Assembly (NCBI GenBank): GCA_965208105.1
Contig: OZ242318.1
Coordinates: forward strand, 1,472,001-1,536,000
Source of the DNA: Candidatus Latescibacterota bacterium
GTDB taxonomy: Bacteria; Latescibacterota; UBA2968; UBA8231
Length of the DNA stretch: 64,000 nucleotides
Direction of reading: 5' to 3'
Made by a program: the position numbers and the translations under genes. Every line of letters starts with the position of its first letter. Position 1 is the first letter of the stretch. This document shows positions 1 to 8,892 of this stretch, one piece after another. The notes below the pieces were generated by a model, which saw nothing but the letters and a program-made list of their open reading frames with translations, was not told where the DNA came from and searched no databases.

Positions 1-1412
1 ATGCTCTCCAGGACCACGATGGCATTGTCAACCAGCATGCCGATGCCCAGGGCAAGCCCCCCCAGGGACATGATGTTGAGGGAGACCTCGAAGGCGTGCA
101 TCGGAGCGAAGGTGGCTACGATGGAGACGGGGATGGTCAGGCCGACGATGAGGGTGTGGACGACGTTGCGCAGAAACACGAAGAGGACCACGATGGCCAT
201 GGCCCCCCCGAGAAGGGCGCTCTTCTGCACCTCCTCGATGGAGTGCTCGATAAAGACGGACTGATCGGAAAGGACTTCCAGTTCCGCTCCGGAAGGCAGC
301 ATGTAGGTGATGAAGTCGGTCATGCGCAGGTGTTCCATGGTGCGCATGGCGGCCTCGCGCTTCTTGTCCTTGAGGTCGTCTTCCTCCCCCTCCTCCTCTT
401 CTACCTTCTCCTCTTCCTCCTTTTCCTTCTCCGTTTTCAGGTTCTCGACGTAAGCCCGTTGCTCCGGAAGGCCGAAGAGGCGGTGGTTGATTCGCCTTGC
501 CACTGCGACGATGTTGGCGTCGGCTTCCTTGTAGACCTCGATCTCCACGCTCTCGCGGCCATTGACCCTGGTAATGACCTCGCGGTCCTTGTGAGCGAGA
601 GAGACGCGGGCGATGTCCCCGAGGTGGATCCCGGCCTCGTCCCGGCGAGCAACCACGAGCCCGGAGATTTCATCGATCGATTCCAGCTCGTTGAGGGTGC
701 GGATCAGGTACTCCACCTGGCCCTCGCGCAGACTTCCTCCGGGCAAATTGATGTTGCTCTGGGCAAGGAGGGTGTTGATTTCCGCGATATCGATGCCCAT
801 GAGGGCCATCTGGCGCTCGTTGAGCTCCACGTGGATTTCCTCCTCCAGGCCACCCCTGACCCTGACCGCGGCCACACCCTGCACGCTTTCCAACTGGCGC
901 TTGATTTCGTGCTCGGCCAAATGGCGCAGTTGGTAAAGGGTCGGGGAGCCGTGGAGGCCGATGCGCATGATCGGGTCGAGCGAGGGGTCGTAGCGCAGCA
1001 GCAGGGGCCTTTTGGCTTCGGGGGGCAGTCCCACCCGGTCCACCTTTTCGCGGACGTCCTGGGAGGCGGCGTTCATGTCCGTGTCCCAGTCGAACTCGAG
1101 GATTACGTCGGACTGTCCCGCCCTGGATATGGAGCTGATGCTGACCAGGCGGCGCACGATTCCCAGCTCCTGCTCGAGAGGACGTGAGACGAGATTCTCG
1201 ATTTCCTCGGGAGCGGTTCCGGGGAACTCGGTGCGCACGGTCAGGGTGGGATAGGTGATGGTGGGCATCAAATCGAGGGAGAGGCGCTGGTAGGACACCC
1301 ACCCGAAGACGCAGACCGCCAGGACCACCATGAGAATGGCCACAGGCCGGCGGGTGGTTATGGCGAAGCGCGAATGGCCCGGTCCGCGTGAATCGGTGCC
1401 TCGTTCAGTCAA
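1..1412 (-). CDS. RND efflux transporter permease subunit (AcrB/AcrD/AcrF family); 3' part runs off the window start
   Basis: Not in the ORF track (no stop in window). Manual minus-strand translation from TTG at 1412 gives ...RRPVAILMVVLAVCVFGWVSYQRLSLDLMPTITYPTLTVRTEFPG... and, at the window edge, GGLALGIGMLVDNAIVVLES (RND TM4-type motif). Lies directly downstream of the MFP gene. Confidence 0.92.
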   Translation of the reverse strand, partial: MTERGTDSRGPGHSRFAITTRRPVAILMVVLAVCVFGWVSYQRLSLDLMPTITYPTLTVRTEFPGTAPEEIENLVSRPLEQELGIVRRLVSISSISRAGQSDVILEFDWDTDMNAASQDVREKVDRVGLPPEAKRPLLLRYDPSLDPIMRIGLHGSPTLYQLRHLAEHEIKRQLESVQGVAAVRVRGGLEEEIHVELNERQMALMGIDIAEINTLLAQSNINLPGGSLREGQVEYLIRTLNELESIDEISGLVVARRDEAGIHLGDIARVSLAHKDREVITRVNGRESVEIEVYKEADANIVAVARRINHRLFGLPEQRAYVENLKTEKEKEEEEKVEEEEGEEDDLKDKKREAAMRTMEHLRMTDFITYMLPSGAELEVLSDQSVFIEHSIEEVQKSALLGGAMAIVVLFVFLRNVVHTLIVGLTIPVSIVATFAPMHAFEVSLNIMSLGGLALGIGMLVDNAIVVLES

Positions 1413-1421
1413 CGGGCTCGG

Positions 1422-2549
1422 CTACTCCTGGCTGGAACCGGCGTGGACGATCCTGACCCTGGCCCCATCCTTCAACCCGGTCTGCCCCACCACGATGACG
1501 GGGGTGCCCGGGCGCACCGCGGACAGCGCTTCGATGTATTCGCTGTTCTCGAATCCGGCGTCGAGCCTGATGCGCGCCGCCGTGCTGTCCTCGACCAGGT
1601 AGATGAACTTGTCGCCGCCCTCGTATATCACCGCCTCCTTTGGAACCAGCACGGCATTTTCGTGGGTGTCGGTGATGATCCTCACCTTCACGAAGATTCC
1701 CGGACGCAGGTACTCCCAGTGGTCCCTCACTCCCACCGTTACCTTGAAGGTGCCGCTCTTGGGGTCCACCACCGGACTGATGCGCTTGACCCGGCCCTCG
1801 AAGCTCCTTCCCTCGAGGAACTCGGAGGTGATGACCGCCACCTGCCCGGCGCGGACGGATGTCAGGTACTGCCCGGGCACGAAGACGCGGGCGATCATGG
1901 CGTCGAGCTTGACCAGGGCGAAGAGCTTCTTGCCCGAGGTGGTGCTGGCCCCCACCTGAACGTGGCGTTCGGTGATGACCCCCGAGAATGGGGCGCGAAT
2001 CACGGCGTGTTCCAGCTCCATCCGCGCTTTCTGGTGGCGCAGGCGGGCCTGTTCCAGGGCGAAGCGCTTGTCCTCGTATTCCTGGTCGCTGATCAATTTG
2101 CGCCGGAACATCTCCTCCATGCGCTCGAAGCCGCCGCTCAAATGGCTCAGGTTCACCTCGCTCTCGCGCGCGGCGACCCTGAGCTCGTCGTCGTCGATGA
2201 GAACCAGGGTGTCCCCGGCTTCGACGCGGTCGCCTTCTTCCGCCCTGATCGCTCTTACCAGGTGTCCGCTGAGCCGGGAGTGGATCTCGACCGCGGCCTC
2301 GGTCTCTATGGTCGAGCTGAAGAGCAGATGAGAGGAAATGGGTGCCCTGACGGCGGCCGAGGTCTCCACCGGGATGGCGGGGGCGATCCGGTCCAGGGAA
2401 TCGGTGCCGGCGCTGTCGGCGAGGGTGCTGTCGGCGCCCGCGTCCCCCTTCGCCGAGGATCCCTCCTCGCCGTTCCCCTCGCCGGAATCGCAACTGGCAG
2501 CGAGGGCACAGAGGACAACCACGGCCATGCGGCCGATCCATGCATTCAC
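1422..2549 (-). CDS. RND efflux periplasmic adaptor (membrane fusion protein), probable lipoprotein
   Basis: Lipobox-like LAASC; motifs EGDRVEAGDTL, IRAPFSGVI, ISPVVDPKSGTFKV, LRPGIFV. Start uncertain (GTG 2549 or ATG 2528). Confidence 0.9.
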   Translation of the reverse strand: MNAWIGRMAVVVLCALAASCDSGEGNGEEGSSAKGDAGADSTLADSAGTDSLDRIAPAIPVETSAAVRAPISSHLLFSSTIETEAAVEIHSRLSGHLVRAIRAEEGDRVEAGDTLVLIDDDELRVAARESEVNLSHLSGGFERMEEMFRRKLISDQEYEDKRFALEQARLRHQKARMELEHAVIRAPFSGVITERHVQVGASTTSGKKLFALVKLDAMIARVFVPGQYLTSVRAGQVAVITSEFLEGRSFEGRVKRISPVVDPKSGTFKVTVGVRDHWEYLRPGIFVKVRIITDTHENAVLVPKEAVIYEGGDKFIYLVEDSTAARIRLDAGFENSEYIEALSAVRPGTPVIVVGQTGLKDGARVRIVHAGSSQE

Positions 2550-2729
2550 GATTTTTCCAAGGCGGAAAATCCCTTGCCGCAACGCCTGTGAGGCTTGTCT
2601 ATGGTCCCGAAAATAATACATTTATAAAGGATAGTCGAAGAAACCCAAAAGGGTGAACAGTGTCAAGTAGCTCACCCGCTCCCTGATCATGGCGAGCATC
2701 AGCATGCAAACCCCAAGGAGATCTGTCAC

Positions 2730-3170
2730 ATGAGCTTCAAGAACGTCGATCCGCCCAGGGCCAGGGAATTGCTCGACGGCGACGAGGGCTACACCTACCT
2801 GGACGTGCGGTCGATACCCGAGTTCGAAAACGGCCATCCTGCCGGAGCTGTGAACATCCCCCTTCTGCATCACGACCGCGGTGTTGCGGTCCCCAACCCG
2901 GACTTTCTCAAGGTGGTGGAAACCCATTTCGACCGCAGCGCCAAGATCATCGTCGGCTGTCAGTCCGGGGGGCGCTCGACCCGCGCCGCCGAGGCTTTGA
3001 TCGCTTCGGGCTTCACCGGCATAGTCCACATGGACGGCGGTTTCGGCGGGGCCCGCGACCAACTGGGCCGGGTGGTCACCCGCGGCTGGTCCGAGTCCGG
3101 CCTTCCGGTCGAGCACGGCTCCGCCGAAGGCCGCGGCTACAAGTCCCTGGCCAGCCAGAGCGGGGGGTGA
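2730..3170 (+). CDS. Rhodanese-like domain protein
   Basis: LDVRSIPEFENGHPAGAVNIP, active-site loop GCQSGGRS, MDGGFGG; AGGAG RBS upstream. Confidence 0.9.
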   Translation: MSFKNVDPPRARELLDGDEGYTYLDVRSIPEFENGHPAGAVNIPLLHHDRGVAVPNPDFLKVVETHFDRSAKIIVGCQSGGRSTRAAEALIASGFTGIVHMDGGFGGARDQLGRVVTRGWSESGLPVEHGSAEGRGYKSLASQSGG

Positions 3171-3173
3171 AAA

Positions 3174-3827
3174 ATCGCCGGGCTCAATCCCCTCTTCCAG
3201 GTCGGGCTCGACGTCGCCGGACGCTTCTGCCTGATCGTCGGCGGAGGAGCCGAGGCCGAGGACAAGGCCTCACGCCTGCTTGACGCCGGCGCCCTCCTCA
3301 CCGTGGTCAGTCCGACGGCCGGCCGCAACCTGCAGAAATGGGCGCGGGAGCACAGGCTTACCCTTATCAAGCGCTGCTTCCAACCCCATGACCTGGACCG
3401 CGTCTTCCTGGTGGTCAACACTGTGGCCGGCGACCCCGACCTCACCCGCCAGGTCCAGTCCCTGGCGCGCCGGAGCAAAATCCTGGTCAATTCCTTTGAC
3501 CAGCCTCTCTACTCCGACTTCGGCATGGTCGCTCTTGTAGATCCGGGACATCTGCGCCTGGGCATCAGTACCAGCAATGCTTCCCCCTCCCTGTCGAGCC
3601 GCCTGCGGCAGGACCTGGAGACCCTCTTCGACGACGAGTTCGTCGCCTACCTGGACCAGCTTGCCCGGCTCCGCAGCCACCTCAGGTCGCGCGAGCCGGA
3701 CCCCCGCAAACGCGCCGCCTTGCTGCGGTCCGCGGTAGCGGACTTCCGCCTCGAAGCCCGCCTCCACTATCCCGACAACTGGCGCGAGCGCCTGCAGGCA
3801 CTCCTCGAGGACCACGAGGCCTCCTAG
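3174..3827 (+). CDS. Precorrin-2 dehydrogenase/sirohydrochlorin ferrochelatase (CysG N-terminal / SirC-Met8 type); start codon unresolved
   Basis: In-frame sequence upstream of the tracked ORF reads LFQVGLDVAGRFCLIVGGGAEAEDKA (Rossmann motif). Later LVNSFDQP...LRLGISTSNASPSLS...LRQDLE. No canonical start before the Rossmann motif (see findings). Confidence 0.85.
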   Translation: MAGLNPLFQVGLDVAGRFCLIVGGGAEAEDKASRLLDAGALLTVVSPTAGRNLQKWAREHRLTLIKRCFQPHDLDRVFLVVNTVAGDPDLTRQVQSLARRSKILVNSFDQPLYSDFGMVALVDPGHLRLGISTSNASPSLSSRLRQDLETLFDDEFVAYLDQLARLRSHLRSREPDPRKRAALLRSAVADFRLEARLHYPDNWRERLQALLEDHEAS

Positions 3828-3990
3828 TGCCTGCTTGCGCAATTCCGCGTGAATTCGGCCGCCGCTGCATCCCGGCTCGCGGCGTTGCCCTCCCTCGCCG
3901 TACACTCCAGGTACGACTCGCTCAGGCGCCTTGCGAGCCAGGCGCTTCTGCGCCCTCGTTCGTACGCTTACTTACGCAAGCAGGCACTAG
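3824..3990. repeat. ~167-bp MITE/REP-like structured element, copy 1
   Basis: Perfect 16-bp terminal inverted repeat CTAGTGCCTGCTTGCG (3824-3839) / CGCAAGCAGGCACTAG (3975-3990). Internal core is shared with 28501-28668 and 53699-53866. Confidence 0.88.
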
Positions 3991-6044
3991 TGTCCCACGG
4001 GACCCTGGCGCATCACCACGATCTTCCCAATTTTCACCTTCTCTCCGCCCGGCCCGGCTATCAGGTAGACGTATACCCCGCTTCCGACCGAAAATCCGGA
4101 CTCGTTCTGACCGTGCCAGCGCAGAGGTTCCCTGCTGCGCCCGGCGCTGGCCGACCAGACCAGATCGCCACCCAGGGTCATTATGCGCAGCCTCGAGCCC
4201 TGTGGCAGTCCCCCGAAGGACAGAAACCTCTCCCCTCCGGGGCGGTAGGGATTGGGATACACCTTGATTGCGCTCTGCGGGACCAGGCGCAGGCGCTGCA
4301 GGGCCCGGTTGTCCGCCTCGTTGGATTCGGCGATCGCGTCCTCCGGGTCCACCTCGAAGAGGAATACCATCTCTCCGAAGCGGTTCCAGGGAATGGACAC
4401 ATCCTCCACCGCCCCGGCTTCCAGCGGCCCGCCGCCCGCCTCGTCGTATATGGGGCGGCAGTCGCTGGAGTCGGCGGCGCAGCGCGAGACCCGCACCCGG
4501 TAGGAACCCTCGAGCCGGCCGAGGCCGATATTGGCGATCCGCAGGCGCAGATTGTCCCTGGAGTCGGCCCTCAGGTCCCCGCTGAAGACGGCCAGGTTGG
4601 GCTCTCCCTCCTCCACCCCGTACTGGCCCAGGCCGGCCACCACCAGCTGGGTGGCGCGGCGCACCAGCTCGTAGTTGATGCTGTCAGGGACATCGGCAAG
4701 GGTGTGGTACTGTGTGTTGATCCTGTAATCGCCATTGCGCACACCGGGGGTGTCCGGGTCCGTGGGAAGGTAGTTCTCTATGGCGAGAATTGCGTCGTAG
4801 CCGCGCGCCCAGAAGGGGGCGTGATCGCTCAGGCGGGCGGCGGAGTCCTCGAGCACGTCGAGCTTGAGTCCGATGCCGTAGCGCTCGTTGGCCTCCACCA
4901 GCCACTGCACCATCCAGCGGGAGGCGGGATTCGTAACCAGCTCCAGGCGCCGGCGCAGATGGTTGTAGCCGATCATGTCGAAATTCAACACCCCGATGAG
5001 CCTGTCCTCCCGCGCAACGGCCTGCAGGGCATGGGCGCGGCTGCCCCACAGTCCTATTTCCTCGCCGGAGAATGCGATGAATCTCACGGACCAGGGAAAG
5101 GACCGGCCCGCCAGGACGCGTGCGCTCTCCAGCAGCAGGGCAACCCCGCTGGCATTGTCGTCGGCCCCCGGCGCCGGGTCCGAGCGCCAGTCCCACGGGC
5201 CGGGGGTGCGCGAGGCGATGGCGTCGTAGTGGGCGCAGACCACGTAGTGGCCCGCCTCGGGGTCGCTGCCCGGCAAGGTGCCGACCACGTTGCGCATGGA
5301 GACCCCCTGATGATCCATTTCGGGGATGCTGAACTCCTCGATCCGGACCCCCGCGGTGCCCAGGTACTCGGCCATGCGGTCGCGGATATAGGCCGCCGCC
5401 TCCAGCGTCTCGGAGCGGAGGGCGTATCGGGTGCGCAGGTTGTCCCCCGTGCTCTCCCTGTCCGGATCGATCAGGGCCAGTACCCTGACGTGGCGCTCGA
5501 GATTCTCCACCTCCACCCGGGCCATGAGCTCCGCCACCGTCCCCGCCGCCAGGGTGGTCGGCTTTGGCCGGGGAACAGTCTCCAGCCAACCCCTCAAGCT
5601 GTAGCTTTCGGGGAGGGGCCAGAGGAAATCATGACTCTCGAGGGCTGCGGCGAAACCTGCCCGGGGAAGGCGCAGCAGGGCCCATTCAGAACCTTCTGCG
5701 TGGAGCAGGACAGCTCCCGCCCGGAGAGGGAGTTCCAGGTGTTCGGTGAGGTAATAGGCGTCCCCGGGAGCGGGACGGTCGATCAGGAAGGGATGGAACC
5801 CCTGCGCCCGGAGCCGGCGCAGGCCGTCATCGTCGTCGGCGGCGAAGATCAGGCCCGGGGCCGCATAGCGCACCTGCGGAGCCACGGCCGCGATGGCGCG
5901 CAACTGCCGGTTGGAAGACCAGGAGATCCCCAGGAGGAGATCGGCATGCAGGAGGCTGGGGCAGTTGAGAAGAAGCAGGAAGGAGAATACGGCTGTGCTG
6001 CGCCGGGCGGCGCGCCGGATCGCTCCTTCAGGCGCTGTCACCAC
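3987..6044 (-). CDS. Secreted M28-family metallopeptidase with CARDB domain and FlgD-like/secretion-type C-terminal domain
   Basis: Signal peptide; M28 motifs CAHYDA, GADDNASG, FSGEEIGLWGS, NFDMIG, SDHAPFW, YHT..D; CARDB-like VDPEDAIAESNEADN; tail IKVYPNPY...WHGQNESG..VGSGVYVY. Confidence 0.88.
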   Translation of the reverse strand: MVTAPEGAIRRAARRSTAVFSFLLLLNCPSLLHADLLLGISWSSNRQLRAIAAVAPQVRYAAPGLIFAADDDDGLRRLRAQGFHPFLIDRPAPGDAYYLTEHLELPLRAGAVLLHAEGSEWALLRLPRAGFAAALESHDFLWPLPESYSLRGWLETVPRPKPTTLAAGTVAELMARVEVENLERHVRVLALIDPDRESTGDNLRTRYALRSETLEAAAYIRDRMAEYLGTAGVRIEEFSIPEMDHQGVSMRNVVGTLPGSDPEAGHYVVCAHYDAIASRTPGPWDWRSDPAPGADDNASGVALLLESARVLAGRSFPWSVRFIAFSGEEIGLWGSRAHALQAVAREDRLIGVLNFDMIGYNHLRRRLELVTNPASRWMVQWLVEANERYGIGLKLDVLEDSAARLSDHAPFWARGYDAILAIENYLPTDPDTPGVRNGDYRINTQYHTLADVPDSINYELVRRATQLVVAGLGQYGVEEGEPNLAVFSGDLRADSRDNLRLRIANIGLGRLEGSYRVRVSRCAADSSDCRPIYDEAGGGPLEAGAVEDVSIPWNRFGEMVFLFEVDPEDAIAESNEADNRALQRLRLVPQSAIKVYPNPYRPGGERFLSFGGLPQGSRLRIMTLGGDLVWSASAGRSREPLRWHGQNESGFSVGSGVYVYLIAGPGGEKVKIGKIVVMRQGPVGH

Positions 6045-6065
6045 CGCGCGTCGTCCGGCCCATTC

Positions 6066-6425
6066 CTACTGCCTCCCCATTGCATCAGGGGCGGTATCTT
6101 CGGGGGTGGACGAAGCGGCCGGGGTGTCTGCGGGGCGCGCCTGGTGCAGCGCTTCCTTGAGCAGGCGGCCGGGCTTGAAGTGGGTCTTGCGCCGGGCGGG
6201 AACGTAGATGATCTCCCCGGTGCGGGGGTTTCTGGCCGCCGGCTTGGGCCGGGTGTTCTTGACCTGGAACACGCCGAATCCCCTGATCTCTATGCGGTTG
6301 CCGTTGATCAGGCTGTCCCGCATGGCAACGAAAAGACTATCGACCACCTTGGCTGCCAGATTCTTTTTGCACCCTGTGCTGCGGCTGACGAGAAAGGCCA
6401 ACTCCTTCTTGGTGATGGTAGACAA
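6066..6425 (-). CDS. HU/IHF-family DNA-binding protein
   Basis: TKKEL...RIEIRGFGVF...ARNPRTGE...FKPG; TTG start at 6425 with GGAGG RBS. Confidence 0.93.
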   Translation of the reverse strand: MSTITKKELAFLVSRSTGCKKNLAAKVVDSLFVAMRDSLINGNRIEIRGFGVFQVKNTRPKPAARNPRTGEIIYVPARRKTHFKPGRLLKEALHQARPADTPAASSTPEDTAPDAMGRQ

Positions 6426-6530
6426 TGGCGCACCTCCTGGAGAACGAATTGGCGCCGCGCACATCTGCTGCAACGCAGGTTGAAATATAGTTTACTTGTT
6501 GAGAAACAAAGCCTTAAATACTCTTAGGGG

Positions 6531-6559
6531 AAATTACGACTCCTGCAGACCTGTGTCAA
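6531..6559 (-). promoter_or_regulatory. Putative sigma70 promoter for the HU/IHF gene
   Basis: Minus strand TTGACA-N17-TAATTT in an AT-rich intergenic region. Confidence 0.55.
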
Positions 6560-6683
6560 GAAAAATATTACAAACCACCTATTTTCCCGATAGTTACAGA
6601 TAAACCGGGCTTGTTTTCCCGAGGCGATTGCTTATAGTTGGAAACTCTCCCAATTCAGTCGATACAGCCCTCTTCGAGGATGC

Positions 6684-7520
6684 TTGAAATCCACCTTTGA
6701 CGCCATCTTCGTTCTGCCCCGGCCGCTCAACTGCCTGATCACCGCCCTGGCCGTCTATGTCGGCGCCTTCACCGCCGGTGTGCGCTGGCCATCCGCCCCG
6801 GTTCTGCTGGCCGCCCTCTCCGCCGCCCTCATCGCCGCGGCCGGCTACATCTCCAACGATTTGAAGGATGTCGACATCGACCGCATCAACCGGCCGGGCC
6901 GCCCCCTGCCCGCGGGAAGGATCGGCCGGCGCGCCGCCGCCCTGGAAGCGTGGCTCTGCGCTCTCACCGGGCTTGGACTGGCATGGTGGCTGGGGCCCCT
7001 TGCCGGCCTCGCCGCCGGCGCCATCGCCCTCGGCCTCGTGGCCTACAACCTGTTCCTCAAGCGCAGGGCCTTCTGGGGAAATCTGCTCATCGCCGCCCTG
7101 AGCTCCGCGGCATTCCCCTACGGAGCCCTGGCGGCGGGCTCCCCTGGGCGCTCGTGGATTCCCGCGGGTTTTGCCCTGCTCTTTCACTGGGGGCGGGAGA
7201 TCATCAAGGACATGGAAGATATGGAGGGTGACCGCGCCCGCGGTGCCCGCACCCTTCCCCTGCTGTGGGGTCGGAAAAGGGCCATTCTACTGGCCTCCGC
7301 CGTATATTCGCTCCTTATCGCCTTCACCCTGCTTCCCTGGCTGCTGGATCTCTACGGAATGGCCTACCTGCTGCTGGTCCTGGGCGTCGATGCGGCCCTG
7401 CTGTGGACCGTATTCCAGCTCCACCGGGGAGAAGCCGGCAGGACTCCGTCGAGCCTGAACCCCCTCCTGAAGGCCGCAATGTTTCTGGGCTTACTGGCGA
7501 TTGTAGCCGGCGAGGCGTAG
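6684..7520 (+). CDS. UbiA-family prenyltransferase (DGGGP-synthase-like subfamily)
   Basis: NDLKDVDIDRINRPGRPLPAG and REIIKDMEDMEGD Asp-rich motifs; multiple TM segments. Confidence 0.88.
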   Translation: MKSTFDAIFVLPRPLNCLITALAVYVGAFTAGVRWPSAPVLLAALSAALIAAAGYISNDLKDVDIDRINRPGRPLPAGRIGRRAAALEAWLCALTGLGLAWWLGPLAGLAAGAIALGLVAYNLFLKRRAFWGNLLIAALSSAAFPYGALAAGSPGRSWIPAGFALLFHWGREIIKDMEDMEGDRARGARTLPLLWGRKRAILLASAVYSLLIAFTLLPWLLDLYGMAYLLLVLGVDAALLWTVFQLHRGEAGRTPSSLNPLLKAAMFLGLLAIVAGEA

Positions 7521-7596
7521 TTTTACAGCTTTCGGCAAGGTTCCCGCCCGGCGGCAGAGCGCCGGCTTCCACGGGATCCGGAAAGGCCTGTATACC

Positions 7597-8856
7597 ATGG
7601 ACCTCGCTCCTCCCCGGGGCACTCGCGACTTCTTCCCGGCTGACATGCGGTTGCGGAACTGGCTGTTCGGCCACTTCCGCGAGGTATCGCGGCTCTTCGG
7701 CTTCGAGGAGTACGACGCGCCGATCGTCGAGTCGGAGGAGCTCTACACCCGCAAGGAAGGGGAGGAGATCGTCCAGCAGCTCTACAGTTTCTCCGACAAG
7801 GGGAACCGGCGCCTGGCGCTGCGGCCCGAAATGACCCCATCCCTGGCCCGTCTCATCCTCAGCAAGGGCGGCTCGCTTCCCCTGCCGGTCAAGTGGTTCA
7901 GCATTCCTCAATGCTGGCGCTACGAGCGCATGACCCGCGGCCGCCGCCGCGAGCACTTCCAGTGGAACCTGGACGTTTTCGGGGTCCGGGACGTGACCGC
8001 CGAAGCGGAGCTGCTCGCCGCCGTGACCACCTTCTTCAGGCGGGTGGGACTGGGACCCGAGGTTGTCGGCATCAAGGTCTCCAGCCGCAGGATATTGCAG
8101 AGCATGCTCGACCGCATAGGCATTGACGACGACAGGTTTTCCCAGGTCTGCATCCTCGTGGACAAGATGGAAAAGGTGCCCAGGGAGATTGTCGGCGAGG
8201 AGATGAAATCCCTCGACATCCCGGACTCTTCGGTGAATCGCATCTACGACCTCATCTCTCTGGACTCGCTCGATGAGGCGGCAGGCCTGGTGGGCGAGGA
8301 CCACGAAGGAATCCGCGACCTGCGGCGGCTTTTCTCTCTGGCGGCAGGCTACGGCTTCGCGGAATGGCTGACCTTCGACGCCAGCCTGGTCCGCGGTCTG
8401 GCCTACTATACGGGGGTCGTGTTCGAGGCCTTCGCCCGCGGCGCTTCACTGCGCGCCATCTGCGGCGGGGGCCGCTACGACCACATTCTCTCCACTCTTG
8501 GCGGGAAGGACATTCCTGCCTGCGGCCTGGGATTCGGGGACGCTGTCATCGAAGAGCTGCTCAAGGACCACGACCTGCTGCCATCCCTCGAGGGCAAAGT
8601 CGACGACGTGGTCTTCCCCTTCGACTCGACCCTGCGGGAGGCGGCGATGAAGGTCGCGGAAAGGCTGCGCCGGGGCGGGAGGTCGGTGGATTTGATTCTC
8701 GAGGACAAGAAGGTGAAGTGGGCCTTCAGGCACGCCGATCACTCCGGGGCGTCGCGGATGATCCTCCTGGCCCCGAACGAGTGGGCGGCGGACAAGGTCA
8801 GGGTCAAGAATCTCCGGACCGGAGCGGAAAGCGACGTGGCCGTCGCGGATCTCTGA
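7597..8856 (+). CDS. hisS: Histidine--tRNA ligase
   Basis: PRGTRDF, LALRPEMTPSLAR, WRYER..RGR.REHFQ, LVRGLAYYTG.VFE, GGGRYD. Confidence 0.97.
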   Translation: MDLAPPRGTRDFFPADMRLRNWLFGHFREVSRLFGFEEYDAPIVESEELYTRKEGEEIVQQLYSFSDKGNRRLALRPEMTPSLARLILSKGGSLPLPVKWFSIPQCWRYERMTRGRRREHFQWNLDVFGVRDVTAEAELLAAVTTFFRRVGLGPEVVGIKVSSRRILQSMLDRIGIDDDRFSQVCILVDKMEKVPREIVGEEMKSLDIPDSSVNRIYDLISLDSLDEAAGLVGEDHEGIRDLRRLFSLAAGYGFAEWLTFDASLVRGLAYYTGVVFEAFARGASLRAICGGGRYDHILSTLGGKDIPACGLGFGDAVIEELLKDHDLLPSLEGKVDDVVFPFDSTLREAAMKVAERLRRGGRSVDLILEDKKVKWAFRHADHSGASRMILLAPNEWAADKVRVKNLRTGAESDVAVADL

Positions 8857-8892
8857 AGGGAGACCCGGGGCGGCCGCGGTCTCGGTGCGGAC

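Noticed and set aside
360-440. CT-rich low-complexity tract
   Set aside because: It encodes an in-frame Glu/Lys-rich loop of the RND permease and is not a separate repeat element.
3168-3170. Selenocysteine read-through of the rhodanese TGA
   Set aside because: The TGA is not at a catalytic Cys position and no convincing SECIS-like hairpin follows; an A-run indel or ATC start is simpler.
3849-6527. Long + strand ORF (892 aa) and similar long ORFs (e.g. 14277-16553, 23340-25085, 45537-46949, 60499-62064)
   Set aside because: Antisense shadows of well-supported genes, expected in GC-rich DNA; no recognisable motifs.
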